Assembly (NCBI RefSeq): GCF_035594765.1
Contig: NC_085841.1
Span: forward strand, 236,178,689 to 236,242,688
Origin: Anolis carolinensis
Taxonomy: Eukaryota
Reading direction: 5' to 3'
DNA length: 64,000 nt
Shown: piece after piece, positions 10,428 through 23,899 of the stretch
Layout: every line of letters starts with the position of its first letter
How positions within the stretch are numbered: the first letter of the stretch is position 1
Notes under the pieces: generated by a model
The model's input: only the letters and a program-made list of their open reading frames with translations
What the model was told of the DNA's origin: nothing
The model's database searches: none
Program-made: the position numbers and the translations under genes

Positions 10428-11505
10428 CAGTGGTTCCAAACTTCTTTGGTCTACCGCCCCCTTTCCAGAAAAAAATATTACTCAGTGCCCCCTGGCGTGG
10501 CTTAGAGGGGTGGCCGTGGATCCTGCTCAAGAGGGAGGGGCTGAGCCTCTCCCTAGTCCAAGATGCAGGGCTGGAAGGGGAAGGAGGAGGTGGGTGGGGC
10601 CACAAATGGGTGAACAGGACTGGGATGGGCGGAGTTACAAGCTCTGAGGCAGGGCTGAGCTTCTATCCCTGTCCTGCGGTGCCTGCCAGGACACAGGGGG
10701 TGGGGCTAGAGGAGGGGGCGGGTCCTCTTCCCAGGTGCCTGATGGGGCTGAACCTCTATACCCCACCCCCATGTTCTAACAAGCGCCTCAGGGGAGATAT
10801 ACAGAGGCTCAGCCCTGTCTCGGGCTCTTGGGAAGAGGCCCTGCCCCCACCCCTAGCCCTGCCCTTTAGTCCTAAAAGGCCTCTCAGGAGAAGTACAGAG
10901 GCTCAGCCCTGTCTCGGGCTCTTGGGAAGAGGCCCCGCCCCCACCCCTAGCCCTGCCCTTTAGTCCTAAAAGGCCTCTCAGGAGAAGTACAGAGGCTCAG
11001 GCCTGTCTCGGGCTCTTGGGAAGAGGCCCCGCCCCCACCCCTAGCCCCGCCCTTTAGTCCTAAAAGGCCTCTCAGGAGAAGTACAGAGGCTCAGGCCTGT
11101 CTCGGGCTCTTGGGAAGAGGCCCCGCCCCCACCCCTAGCCCCGCCCTTTAGTCCTAAAAGGCCTCTCAGGAGAAGTACAGAGGCTCAGGCCTGTCTCAGG
11201 CTCTTGGGAAGAGGCCCCACCCCCTTCCCTAGCTCTGCCCTCTGTGTCCCAACAAGCGCCTCAAGAAAGGTATAGATTCTTAGCCCTGTCTCCGGCTCTT
11301 GGGAAGAAGCCACATCCACTCCTCTAGCTCCACCCCCTGTGTGTCCTAACAGGCGCCTTAGGTGCTCAGCCCGGTCTCCGGCACTTGGGAAGAGGCCCCG
11401 CCCCTCCTCTGGCCCCGCCCCTATGTCCTAATAGGTGCCATCACCGCCCCCTAGATTGCTGCAGTGACCACCAGGGGGCGGTAGTGCCCTCTTTGGGAAT
11501 CACTG
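10428..11505. mobile_element. Non-autonomous hAT element with internal GC-rich tandem array
   Basis: TIR CAGTGGTTCCAAA / TTTGGGAATCACTG; 8-bp TSD ATCTAGCT/CTCTAGCT. Confidence 0.85.
10787..11435 (+). repeat. 94-bp minisatellite (about 4.5 near-identical plus 2 diverged units)
   Basis: ACAGAGGCTCAG recurs at 10801, 10895, 10989, 11083, 11177 (period 94). Confidence 0.95.
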
Positions 11506-14500
11506 CTCTAGCTGTTTGGATCTCCAATTCCCAGAAGCACAAGCCAGCTTGTTCAATGGTCAGGGATTTTGGGAGTCAGAGGCCCATACAGCTGGACAGC
11601 TGCTGGTTAAAAATGCCCGCTGGAAGCTATATTTCAGAAGGAGAAAATGCCAAAAACATAGCTGAATATTTCTTCCCTAGAGTCCCATCTATACTGCCAT
11701 ATAATCCAGTTTCTGAATCTGGATTATTTGCTCTCAACTGGACTATATGGCAGTGTAGATTTATATAATCCACTTCAAAGCAGATAACCTGGATTCAGAA
11801 ACTGGATTATATGGCAGTGAGGAGCCAGTCTAAGAAAGTCCTATGAAATTCATAGAGTTTTCAGAAGTCAACAGGTGACCTGATGGCACATACACAAGCA
11901 CATCTATGAATAAAATAGGCTGAAGAGAGGAAAACGTGAAGAGAAGTCTGAATAAACAACTATTTCAGTCAAATGGAATATTATAGAATAAAATTTGGTT
12001 AACTGAAGGTAATAGATTTTTGGCACATGCTCACCTTAGGATAAGTGGGGTTTAGATGGAAATAACATAGAACAGTTTTTCTCTATTAAATATCTGGGGA
12101 TCTAGTGCGCTACAAAAAAAAATGGATGACTCAGTTACAAAACATCAACATAGCAGCTCTGAAAACAGCCCATGCTATTTTTTTGTTCTTGGGGTAGCAG
12201 GCTGGTAATTCCTCCCTTAAACATGTTTCTCAAGCATGTAGTTGTTCAAATACAGTATGTTCTGGAAGTGTAAGGCTAACTACTTGAATGATCTGGAGGA
12301 TGGTCAAAACAAGTTTCAGTGGTACTTATTGGCAGCATAATGGACCATTGGTACCTGCTGGGATTGGATTCCAGGACTCCATACCAAAATCTATGGATAA
12401 AAGGAAAGTGGTTGAATATATTATTCATATTCTCTTGTGTATGTTTGGAAAGTTTAGTTTGACATCTGTAATATATGCATTAATAATTCTCAATAAATTG
12501 CCCTTTAACAAATTACTCTGCCTTTAATCTACAGACTCCTTTAACCCTTGTGGTGTCAAAGTATGAGAAATCAGGGCATAATATTTAAGACGACCCTTAA
12601 AGTTTCAGGACTATACATCTGAAAACTGCACACTGGGAAGTTACTTTTGAAATTACTGATCTTTATAGTGCAAAACTGTCCTTTGCCAGAATGGCACCTT
12701 GGATTATACAAGCACTATCACTGTATGCTGCACACAAAAAATGAGTTGAATCATTTGGACATGCATATGGGGAAAAGGCTGGATAAACTGAAAACTGGGT
12801 TATATTGGGACTGGATTGCAGTTGGCCTTCTATATTTGTGGGATTGACTTTTGTGGATTTGATTATTTGTGAATGTATTTAATATATTCTTTTTAGGAAT
12901 GTCCTCCAGTGTGCACCGGAGGACCTCGACATTCCTAGAGAGACCACTTCTCTAGATATTGGTAAAATTTCCAATAGGAATCTATAGTTAACTTCAGGTG
13001 GAAGTTGTCTTTAGGGTTGCATTGGAGGAACCAGAGAAGTGTCTTCTCAGGAAAAAATAGTATTTTGTGTTTCCCACATTTTTGCAGTGCCCATGCCTCA
13101 ACCCCAGCAAGTGCAGAGGGCTGACTGTAGTTTAGAAATTCTAAACTACAGAGAGTTGTAGTTTCACTACTTCACCAGCAATGCACTGTGTCTTTGAAAG
13201 GCAAATAACTGGAAGAAATTTAATGGGCAAATCTTTCCGCTTCGTTGTGCTTCAATAGCTAGGGGTGTGCACATGAGTGTGGAGAAGCAAAACAAACAGA
13301 TGACAGCCAGAATCTTTTGTGAGCACAGTCTTTTTGACTCAACTTCTGATCTGTGCACAAGCATCTCAGAAATGCAGCCCACCCTTTGTCTTTTGATTTC
13401 AGAGAAATAAGGCCATGTTTGCCGTAGATAGCGTCCTAGCGTGGGTACTTTTGCAATTGTGACATTTCAACTGTCCTTGAAAGTTAACCAAATGATTAAG
13501 CTGGATACGTGAACATGTAAACCAGTCTTCCAACTATGGTGGGTTTCATGGGACTTAGGAAGTGATCCCATGTAGTGAAAATCGTGTTATTAAAACTGAA
13601 GAATTTTATTTCAGGCCCTCTTTATTACTGGATGCCTCAAGACTCAAACAAATGTCCCAGGACTCTAGGGCTAGGGTTGAAAACGCGAATAGCCAGAGGT
13701 GACAAAGTATAGTCCTCTCGATGGTTAGCTGGAGTTCCATTGACTGTGCTAACTAGGGCTGCTGGGAGTTGCCATGACATTTGTACATATTTGTATGTGT
13801 TTTGCTACCTGGGGCAGCAAGGGTGAAACTTTGAGCATGGATGAGGTATTACAGCTATTTGATTTCTATGGAAACCCCGCTTCAGGGCAAACAGTAATTG
13901 GACTGACAGACACCTTCCATGCCATGCCTTTTTGCAAAGAGGTAGCCACACTGATATAATCAACACTGGAGAATTCTCATGACAAAGTTCATGACTGAGA
14001 ATGAGTCCCAGACCATTGCAGTCTTTAAAGGTTAGAATCAGCACTGACCAGAAGCCAAGGTGAAAACAATTCAATGAGAACAGAATTGTTATATGACCCT
14101 TTTGTTTGGTTCCCAACAGCTTCTTTGTTGCTACCTTCTGTTCATACCATTGGAAGTTTCTGAGCTGTCTTTTCCACAGAGAATACATTAGCATAATTAA
14201 GCCTAGAGGCATCACTAGTGAGGCAAAATCAACTTTTTTCAGTCAGATCTACATTGGGCAAAGAGCCAAAACCAAAGTCAGCCCATATAATTAGAAAAAT
14301 GTGTCATATTATTTTTGTCCTCTAAGGAAAACTATGCTACCATCACAGTAATGTAAAACCAATTACCACCAGATCTTAGGGTGGTTTATCGAAATACTGT
14401 CAGGGAATACATAATAATCTCTCGCCTGTAAAAGACAAATCAATAAATAACGAATTATATTTTTAGTAAAAATTTGTTGGAAATAGCAACCTTCCTCAAA

Positions 14501-16134
14501 CCTCCACTAGTAATTTGTTTTGTATATTGTTCTGTTTGCTTAATATATTGTATATCATGCATAAGTACATGTGGTTATATACCACTAAAGAGAAGATTTT
14601 ACTCAAATAAGTTTTTTTGGCTCTTCTCTGGAAGATCATACTTTTACAAAAGATTATAATTTTCAAATGGCTGTGAATGCCATTTTTCTCCAAAAGGCTA
14701 TGGAGATTCTGCTTTTCCAAAAATTAAATCCCAACCATATTTTTGCTATGCTCATGGAATATATTATTACCTCAATGTATGAGGATGACATGTTTAAGAC
14801 CCAAGTTCCATGACTTTCAGGGAAAAGTCAATGTCTTCAAGGAGTATACCCCGCTATAGCTAGTATAACCAGCTGGATAACCTTGGCAAATCACAGTATG
14901 TTTCAGAAGGAGGCAAAGGCCAACACCAGATCTTGCCAAGAAAACCCCGTGATAGGGTTTACCATAAGTCAGAAATAACAACAATTTAGGATAGCTGCAA
15001 TGGAAGTGAGGATAATTTGATTGTGTCAGAGGTTGTTAAACTATTTCCCTTCTTAGATGACATACGCAACTTCTTGCAAGTAATGTGAGAATAACACACA
15101 GATATTGAAAAAATAAGTCAGCTGTGATTGTACAGTTCGTCAAAATCAACAAGTTTGACAATGTTTTTCGTTCCAGGAGCAGAATTACCACCTATCCTGC
15201 TTAAACCTGTCTAACTGGGTTCACTGCCAGCTACTGTCGGGCATGTTGTTTGTTTTCTTAAACTCAGCATCAATATTAAGCAAGAAATATTTTGGACCTT
15301 CCTGTACATGTAAAATAGATTTCCATGTACAAAAGAAAATACCTGAGTTTATTTCCATTCTGGAAGGGAGGCAGCATCCTTGTCTTGGAAATTGTTGTTG
15401 CCCCATCATTCACCACCTATTCTGTGGTTGTTAAAAGTGTCAGACAGTGAGTCAGACAGCTTCAGCAGAACAAATGGGTTAAGGACAGGATGATTTGGTG
15501 CACAGTGTTCTGGAAACTGCCAGTCCTGTCTGTGACTAACACATAACAACACTTGTATAACACTTTCCCACTTATATCCCCTTTCTTAGTTAACTGGTCA
15601 TTTGTGATAGATTGCTAGCAGTTCAGCTACAACACCCATGTTTGTAGAGTATCTATCTGGAGAAGGATGACTTTAGGATTCTAGGACCTGATCCATATGA
15701 AATAGGTAATAAGAGCTCAGCTCCTTTGAGTATGATGGTTGCTACTGGGCCACTAGGACCTGTGTTTTGGGAATACAGGGAAGTGTTCTTCCATATGAGG
15801 CTTTTATTGCTCAACGTTCTTGCCCCATTTGTGGAAATTTACTGTGAGATCCACATGACAGCATCATCCACTTGAAAGCCTGCTGTGTTTTGCCAGTGCC
15901 TCTGCTATCTTTCATTTCCCCAATGCCACCAAAGCTCAGGGAGAAAAGATGAAACAGCTGCTCAATGTCTTTTGACTGGCATTATGAGGAGCCATCTGGA
16001 AGCCAACTAGTTCTTAAGAAACACAGCAAGTGCTATTTGTATAGTCAAACACTCCCAGCTGATTTTACTAAACACATTTCAGCCAGGCAGGAATCTTGTT
16101 TTAATTCTATGGAACGCCTCACATGCATGTAAAT

Positions 16135-16311
16135 GCCTCATCACACTAGAGAAAAAAATCCACTTAAAATCTGGTTTCTGCCTCCTGCAGAATTTTGGGG
16201 TTTGTAGTTTAGGGAGGAGCCTTTAACAGACTCAATAAACTACAAACCCCAGAATTCTGCAGGAGGCAGAAACTGAATTTTAAGTGGATTTTTTCTCTAG
16301 TGTGATGAAGG
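16135..16311. mobile_element. Palindromic MITE (PIF/Harbinger-like)
   Basis: CATCACACTAGAGAAAAAAATCCACTTAAAAT...CTGCCTCCTGCAGAATT mirrored at the right end. Confidence 0.7.
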
Positions 16312-16313
16312 TA

Positions 16314-16628
16314 AGGTAGAGTCTCACTTATCCAAGACTCGCTTATCCAAGGTTCTGGATTATCCAGGGCATTTCTGTAGTCAATGATTTCAATATATCA
16401 TGATATTTTGGTGCTAAATTCGTAAATACAGTAATTACAACATAACATTACTGCATATTGAACTACTTTTTCTGTCAAATTTGTTGTATAACATGATGTT
16501 TTGGTGCTTAATTTGTAAAATCATAACCTAATTTGATGTTTAATAGACTTTTCCTTAATCCCTCCTTATTATCCAAGATATTAGCTTATCTGCCGTCTTG
16601 TTTAGCTTGGATAAGTGAGACTCTACTA
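16314..16628. mobile_element. Tc1/mariner MITE family A
   Basis: Same TIRs and body as 2714-3036, opposite orientation. Confidence 0.85.
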
Positions 16629-16954
16629 TACTTGAATTCCTTATCACATTTTCCCCTGCAGACTCTTTATAGCAGGAAGAACAGACATGCCATGTCTGCT
16701 GGTGTTTTAAAACAAATCTGCTAGACTGGATAAAAACACGAGAAATTGTAAACATTCATTATATGCATAGTTTATTTATTACCCATGGGTCAGTATGTTT
16801 ATAGCCCTGATGCACAAATCCTTTGTCAAGTGGGTGATGGAAGGAAAGGAAAAGGAAAGAGTGAAAGAATCAGAGTAAAGCAATGTAGCAATGTTCGGGT
16901 TTTAGAGAAGTATCTTTATTAAACACACACAAAATAAACAATTTTTATAATATA

Positions 16955-17196
16955 CTAGCTTTGTCCGGCCACGCGTTGCTGTGGCTTATGGGAATCCTTT
17001 GTTGGCCAGGTGGAATAGCAGTGAATAACCTTGCAGTCTCAAAGCCTGGCTGTTTTCTGGAGTAGCTGGAGCTTTTTGTTGTATGAACGTAGAGGCATGG
17101 ATGAAGGGTTGTGCTGCCAAGTTTAGTGTTTGTGGGATGTGTAGTTTTGTTGTTTTGTCCTCGGCCGAAATTTCATTACCCTTTTATATATATAGA
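16955..17196 (-). mobile_element. Non-autonomous Helitron
   Basis: Minus strand begins TCTATATATATAAAAG and ends GCCACAGCAACGCGTGGC hairpin + CTAG; inserted between A and T, no TSD. Confidence 0.85.
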
Positions 17197-18397
17197 TAAC
17201 CCTCCCCCTTTTGGAAGGATACAATCAATACAAGCATATCACATACTCCATTATAAAAACTGCCACTACAAGGTACTAAAAGACACAAGAGAGAGTGGGG
17301 GGGGGGGAGGTTATGCCTTCCAACCCCTCAGATGACAGCAATAAATTATTATCATTTTATTTATTTTTCATAATTAGATAACATAAGCTTACATCTATTT
17401 ATAATATCATCTACACATCTTCAAAAGTAATTACTGATTACTATCCCTGCTGATTTCTCAGGGCTTGTCTACACTGGCCCTATACACCACATTGGGCAAG
17501 GAGTTGCTCCTGGAGGTCCACATGGTGTCCATGAACTTCCAGTGTGGTGATTGCAGAACCTTGTTAGCAATTAAAGTCACTCACAAGGAAATCTTGGAAA
17601 TGTCTTTAATGCTAGGTTACTACTATACAGCAAAGTTACAAATGAAGAAAATGTGGGCAAGTTCTCAGTTCAATAAACCCAAAAAGCTCCACGCCCTCAA
17701 CTCCAAAAACTTCCCCCGTACAGCCTCCAGGCCCCCCAGCCCAAGCCAGTTCATCATATTTGGTTTTTTTCCCACGCAGAGCTTCAGATGGTTTCACTCT
17801 GTTTTCATTCCTCAATCTTGGTTGTGAATTCATGGCCTAGAGGTGTTCTGGTGTCTTGAATACACCAGATACAGAGTCAATGACATCCAGTCTATACAAT
17901 GGGGGTGTCTTAAGAGCCCTAAACTCCAAGCTTTGTGTGGACAACTGGATTGACTCTAATTTGAATAGGTGCACTGTCCACATGGCCAAATGCCACTGCC
18001 TCCTTTCCAGTGTGTTACATGTTGCAGGGAAAAGCGAATGGATTGGGCCCATGTTGCCCCCTGTCACTGTGTCAGACTTTCATAGACTTATGAAGAACTC
18101 CTGGCTGTCATCAAGCACCTTTTCTGACATCGGCCAAGGTGCCACATTAACAGAGAAAAGGAGGGGGATTCTGAGAGATCCTAGCTGTCACCTGCTGCAG
18201 CAACAAGGGGACCATCCAGCAGGGCTGAACCAGTTTCAGCCTAGTTGGACTGTCTGGACTCTGTCTCATCACTGCTGCAGAATGAAGCCAGGCAGCACAG
18301 ATATTCTTGCGGCCAGTCCAGATTATTGCGACTCCATGTAGATGAGTCCTCAGATAAGAAAAGGTTGCCAATCTTGCTTAAATTTTATTGTTGCATT

Positions 18398-18626
18398 TTA
18401 TTTATTTATTATTTATTTATTTACAGCATTTATATTCCGCCCTTCTCACCCCGAAGAGGACTCAGGGCGGATCACATTGCACACATAAAGGCAAACATTC
18501 CTTGACACAGAACAGAGACAGAGACAAGACGCAGGCACCGGGCTGGCCTCGAACTCATGACCTCTTGGTCAGAGTGATTTGTTGATTTGTTGCAGCTGGC
18601 TTGCTTTCCAGCCTGCGCCATAGCCC
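18398..18626 (-). mobile_element. tRNA-derived SINE with L2-type tail
   Basis: Minus strand: A-box-like TGGCGCAGGCTGG, B-box-like GAGTTCGAGGCC, 3' L2-like CCGCCCTGAGTCC..GGGGTGAGAAGGGCGGAATATAAAT and (TAAA)n. Confidence 0.75.
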
Positions 18627-19021
18627 GGTCCTTCAAGTTTGTCCATCTCTGCCAAACCATACAGTGTAAAGTATTAGTGTTATTACTCAATAGTTTGATG
18701 ATTGACTCCAGGAATATCTCTAAGTCCACTGCTTAGGTGACAATGAAGGATCTGTGTGTGAGCATTGTCTGATGGCAATGTTCTTGCACAATTGAGGAAA
18801 GTCGACTCCTCTGCCTCTAAATGTAAATTTTTCTTTACAGCTTTTCTCTTAAGCACCATTCTTGATTTTTTAATCAAAACCTGTTTTTCCCCTTACATTC
18901 ATCAAATGAAGGAATATAAAAATAAAAATAATATACATAGTACTGTATATATAGCAAAAATGTTAGGCAATAGGTATTGTGTTTTGAAAGCAGCATATGT
19001 ACTGAAAAAATGTTTCGGTTA

Positions 19022-19341
19022 CAGTAGAGTCTCACTTATCCAAGCCTCGCTTATCCAAGCCTCTGGATTATCCAAGCAATTTTTGTAGTCAATGTTTTCA
19101 ATATATCATATTTTGGTGCTAAATTCGTAAATACAGTAATTACAACATAACATTACTGCGTATTGAACTACTTTTTCTGTCAAATTTGTTGTATAACATG
19201 ATGTTTTGATGCTTAATTTGTAAAATCATAACCTAATTTGATGTTTAATAGGCTTTTCCTTAACCCTTCCTTATTATCCAAGATATTCGCTTATCCAAGC
19301 TTCTGCCGGCCCATTTAGCTTGGATAAATGAGACTCTACTG
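19022..19341. mobile_element. Tc1/mariner MITE family A
   Basis: TIRs and TA flanks. Confidence 0.9.
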
Positions 19342-19367
19342 TACTTTAGGAAATGATTCTGATTATG

Positions 19368-19450
19368 TGTTGTCGAAGACTTTCATGGCCGGGATCACAG
19401 GCTTGTTGTATGTTTTCCAGGCTGTATGGCCATGTTCTAGAAGTATTCTA
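19368..19450 (-). mobile_element. Penelope-like element extreme 3' fragment
   Basis: Matches the Penelope 3' end at 58740-58815; flanked by 13-bp direct repeat GATTCTGATTATG (19355-19367 and 19451-19463). Confidence 0.8.
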
Positions 19451-20214
19451 GATTCTGATTATGGTGTTTTTCTTAGCCAGTCTCTTTTGGTTCAGTAGTG
19501 GCATAGTTGATTGGGACAGATAGAGTTATGTGAAAGTGAAAGTTTAAGAGGACTCCTGTATCAGAAAAGGAAATTTTAGCAGGTGTTGCTTTTACTTAGT
19601 TGCATGGAGTACAGGAGCCCTCTCCAGTTTTCTGTCTGGCAACCCCAATAACAAAGGCCCGGAACTCTTTGCTAAGGAAAGCTTCCACTGGGAGATAGAC
19701 ACCTCTTTATTCAGACAGGTCTTTGACACTTATGTGAGGAGGTTTTAGCCAGCTGGGTGCTGTCATCTCTCTTTCATTTGTGTGTTTTTAATTGGGCTTT
19801 TAATCTGTGTTTATGTCTTAATTGTATTAGTTTTATTTGAATTTTATTCAAGTGCTCTGGCTGTCATCATGAATATAATTATCATTATGTGCAGGAAGAC
19901 AAAACACAAATCAAATTAAATAGATTTTATGCTGTATTTACCTTCAGCTGCAACACAAAGTAAGCTTCTCTGGGAGCAAGCTCCAGTTAATGTAGTGTGT
20001 CCTACTTCCAAGTAAAAACATATTTAGGATTATGCTGGTGGTATGCTAATTTCCCTCTCATTCTCAAAGAAGGAATAATGTAGGACTATATTTTAAAATA
20101 TCTGACAAAGCAGTATTCATTTCTCTTTCTGAGATCTAGATCCGGAAAGCCTGAAAGATATATCTTTATATTTAGGCACTGTGGAAAGTTAAGCAGTTAC
20201 TTAACTCCTTAAAG

Positions 20215-20948
20215 CAGAGGTCCTCAAACTTTTAAAGCAGAGGGCCGGTCCACAATCCTTCAGACTGTTGAGGGGCCGGATTATCTTTAGAAAAAAAACA
20301 AAAAACAATTCCGATGCACACTGCACATGTCTTATTTTGTAGTGCAAAAACAACAAGAACAACAACAACAACAACAACAACAAGAAAAATGAAAGAACAA
20401 TACAATATTTAAAAATAAAAACAATTTTAACCAACATACATTGATCAGGATTTCAATGGGAAGTGTGGTCCTGCTTCTGGCCAATGAGATAGTCAAGTTA
20501 ATTAGGGTTGTTGTTGTTGTTGTTGTGTGCCTTCAAGTCATTTCAGACTTTGTGCGAGCCTAAGTCTAAAATTTATTTATTTATTTATTTATTATTTATT
20601 TACTACATTTGTATCACACCCTTCTCACCCCGAAGGGGACTCAGAGCAGCTGTATGTACATACAATATATTATTAGCATAACACAATATTAGCATTATAC
20701 ATTACTATATTGAACTATACCACTATACTATTATATAATATGTAATATATAATTAATATTATTATATGGCATTACTATTAGTATTATATTGTATAACATA
20801 AGATTATTATCAATATTATATGTATATACAATATATTATATTATTAAAATTGATATAAAATATTATATTATAAAACTGAGGGCGGGGGCCAGGTAAATGA
20901 CCTTGGAGGGCCACATCCGGCCCCCGGGCCTTAGTTTGGGGACCCCTG
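20215..20948. mobile_element. Non-autonomous hAT element (composite interior)
   Basis: TIR CAGAGGTCCTCAAACT / AGTTTGGGGACCCCTG; perfect 8-bp TSD CCTTAAAG. Confidence 0.9.
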
Positions 20949-21229
20949 CCTTAAAGGATTGTGTGCCACCCTATTTCTTCACAACCCCTTTCAGGGTGTT
21001 TGGCTGCATACCAGACAATGCAATAACATAGACCTGCATAAGGAAACTCTCAGGTATGATCATAGTAGAAGAGGTGACTGGGGTGTCAAAAAGTTAGTTT
21101 TGGATTACAGATCTCAAAATACACTGCCAGCATGGCCACTGTACCTCAAACCAAAAGCAAAGTTTCAGAAGTGTTATTTCAGTTGCCTAAAATATATCTA
21201 ACTCTCCCTTAAAACACCTTGGTTTAAAT

Positions 21230-21355
21230 CAGTGGTTCTCAACCTGTGGGTCCCCAGTGTTTTGGCCTACAAAATCCCAGCCAGTTTACCAGCTGTTAAG
21301 ATTTCTGGGAGTTGAAGGCCAAAATATCTGGGGACCCACAGGTTGAGAACCACTG
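21230..21355. mobile_element. Small palindromic hAT MITE
   Basis: TIR CAGTGGTTCTCAACCTGTGGGTCCCCAG; perfect 8-bp TSD GTTTAAAT. Confidence 0.9.
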
Positions 21356-21828
21356 GTTTAAATCAAGAGACAAAAACGAAGTATTCTTCGTTAAAATAAC
21401 ATACCGGTAGTTGTTTTACTTACAAACTTCATGTATTCAGCATACATGTACATTGCTTATCAATCCAGTTACAAGTAGATTTTGAAGTAGTTTCTCTGAG
21501 CAGATAAAACAGGGCATCTTTTTTTAGAATTAACAGTCCAAAGTCTAAAGCATCTCTCATAGTCTAATGGTGTCTGTCTGTACAGTCTGAGAGTCTAATG
21601 GCTTCTCATGTTGTCTGTGAGTCTAATAGAGTATCAGATCTGAAGAGTCCCAGATCTGGGTCACATGGTCTGCACAACAGAGTTAAGGTAAAACTGCATA
21701 TTAATATTTATTTATGTATTTATTATATTTATATACCACTTTTCTTACCCTTAAAGGGTGGGGGGGGGGATGATTCAAGGCGGCTTACAACATATTAACA
21801 GCAGAAATTCAGTGCCAGTATACATATA

Positions 21829-22148
21829 CAGTAGAGTCTCACTTATCCAACATTCACTTATCCAGCGTTCTGGATTATCCAACACATTTTTGTAGTCAAT
21901 GTTTTCAATGCATTGTGATATTTTGGTGCTAAATTCGTAAATACAGTAATTACTACATAGCATTAATGTGTAATTAACTACTTTTTCTGTCAAATTTGTT
22001 GTATAACATGATGTTTTGGTGCTTAATTTGTAAAATCATAAACTATTTTGATGTTTAATAGGCTTTTTCTTAATCTCTCATTATCCAACATATTTGCTTA
22101 TCCAACGTTCTGCCGGCCCATTTATGTTGGATAAGTGAGACTCTACTG
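21829..22148. mobile_element. Tc1/mariner MITE family A
   Basis: TIRs and TA flanks. Confidence 0.9.
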
Positions 22149-22188
22149 TAATAGAAAAATAATCATAATAACTAAACACTAACATATA

Positions 22189-22818
22189 CAATAGAGTTCC
22201 AGTTATCTGACATAAACTGGCAGGCTGAATGTCAGATAACTGAAACTGTTGGATAATAGGGAGGCCCTATTATCCAAGCCTCTCCACGCTGCAAGCTGGG
22301 TGCTTGGCCGGGAGGTAGGAGACTTTTACCTCCTGGCTAGCACCGGGCTTAACATCCCATTGCTGCCTAGAAAAACAGCAACTTCCAAGCCCGATGCTTG
22401 GCTGGGAGAGAAGAGAATTGTCTCTTCTTGCTAGCACCAGGCTTAACACCCCATTGCTGCCTAGAAAAACAGCAATTTTTCTAGGCAACAACTTCCAAGC
22501 CCAATGCTTGGCCGGTAGGGAAGAAAGTTTTCCCTCCTGGCTAGCTCTGGGCTTAAGAGCCCCCTTGCTGCCCAGAAAAACAGATGTTTTTCTAGGCAGC
22601 AACGCTCAGGGGGCCTCTCCAAGTGCCTGGTGCTTGCTGAAAGGAAAAGTCTGCGCTGGTTGCGTCTTGTCCCTCCCAGCAAGCACCCGGGCTTGGAGAG
22701 GCCCGCTGCACATTGCTGCCTACAAGTGCCGGCCACACGTCAGGAGGGGTGAGAAGCCGGCACGTTGGATAATACGGTGTGTTGGATAAGCAGAAGTCGG
22801 ATAACCGGAACTCTACTG
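22189..22818. mobile_element. Related Tc1/mariner MITE (~630 bp) with internal direct repeats
   Basis: TIR CAATAGAGTTCCAGTTATCTGAC / GTCGGATAACCGGAACTCTACTG, TA flanks; three copies of GGCTTAA..CCC..TTGCTGCC.AGAAAAACAG inside. Confidence 0.75.
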
Positions 22819-22824
22819 TAGCTC

Positions 22825-23156
22825 GGAGCCCCTGGTGGCACAGTGGGTTAAACCACTGAGCTGCTGAACTTGCTGACTGAAAGGGTGGCGGTTCAAATCT
22901 GGGGAGTGGGGTGAACTCCCGCTATTAGCCCCAGCTTCTGCCAACCTAGCAGTTCGAAAACATGAAAATGTGAGTAGATCAATAGGTACTGTTTTGGCAG
23001 GAAGGTAACGTCACTCCATGCAGTCATGCCAGCCACATGAACTTGAGGGCATCTACAGACAACACCAGCTCCTCTTCGGCTTAGAAATGGAGATGAACAA
23101 CAACCCTCAGAGTCGGACACGACTACACTTAATGTCAGAGGAAAACCTTTACCTTA
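22825..23156 (+). mobile_element. Sauria SINE, full length
   Basis: tRNA-like head GGAGCCCCTGGTGGCACAGTGG...GGTTCAAATC, BovB-like 3' GAGTCGGACACGACT and (ACCTTT) tail. Confidence 0.9.
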
Positions 23157-23696
23157 ACATTTAGCTATAAATTAAAATCATTATAAATAAAAATAAAAAT
23201 AAACTCATATACAATACAATATGCTGAGAGCAGGGTTTTTAACCCAGACTAAATATACAATACAATATGCAATCTGAATTATATATACAACAAATATAAG
23301 AGGCTTGTAGAAGGTTTGCTATTTCCAGCACCCCATGCTTGTTCCTTGGATTTCCCCTAAATTGGATTTCAGCAGGGAGTTATTTATTCTGACAAACATG
23401 ATGCTTTTTCACCATTTACCAGCCAGCGTTTTTTGTTTTTGTATCTAAAATTAGCTTGTGACAGGAAGCTTCTGCTTTTGTTTTTCGTGTTGGCTGTGTT
23501 GCCCAATAAAATTGGAACACATTTGAGAAAGAGCGAAGCAGATGCCTTTGCAATAGCAAAGCGAACATGTATGTTGTTTATCACAACAGAGCCACCCTTC
23601 TGCTAGATCAGTGGTGCCAGAAAAGTCATTCTTTGCACCTGAATAATTATTGTTTTACCCTAGTTTACACATTTTTCCATACAGTTTGGTGTAGAG

Positions 23697-23851
23697 CAGG
23701 CATGGGCCAACTTGAGGCCTCCAGGGGTTTTGGACTCCAACTCACATGATTCCTCACAGCCTCAGGGGGAAAAGGAAGGGGCCTGAGGCTGTGAGGAATC
23801 ATGGGAGTTGGAGTCCAAAACCCCTGGAGGCCTCAAGTTGGCCATTACCTG
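23697..23851. mobile_element. Palindromic hAT-type MITE just upstream of the UBE2L6 start
   Basis: CAGGCATGGGCCAACTTGAGGCCTCCAGGGGG...CCCCTGGAGGCCTCAAGTTGGCCATTACCTG; related copy at 55899-56005. Confidence 0.8.
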
Positions 23852-23899
23852 AGCTATGGCCATTCAAGTGGTGCTAAACTAAATTAATCCTACCACTCC

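Noticed and set aside
10430-10963. 177-aa Gly/Pro-rich ORF
   Set aside because: It lies wholly in a non-autonomous hAT element and its GC-rich minisatellite; no domain is recognisable.
10787-11435. Regular repeat array as CRISPR-like
   Set aside because: The units are contiguous 94-bp tandem copies without unique spacers, in a vertebrate context with no cas genes.
17440-18380. Cluster of 65-161 aa ORFs as a gene
   Set aside because: No consistent frame, splice pattern or recognisable domain; probably a decayed retroelement that I cannot classify.
22249-22789. Overlapping ORFs with repeated LLPRKT motifs
   Set aside because: They are translations of internal direct repeats of a TA-flanked MITE.
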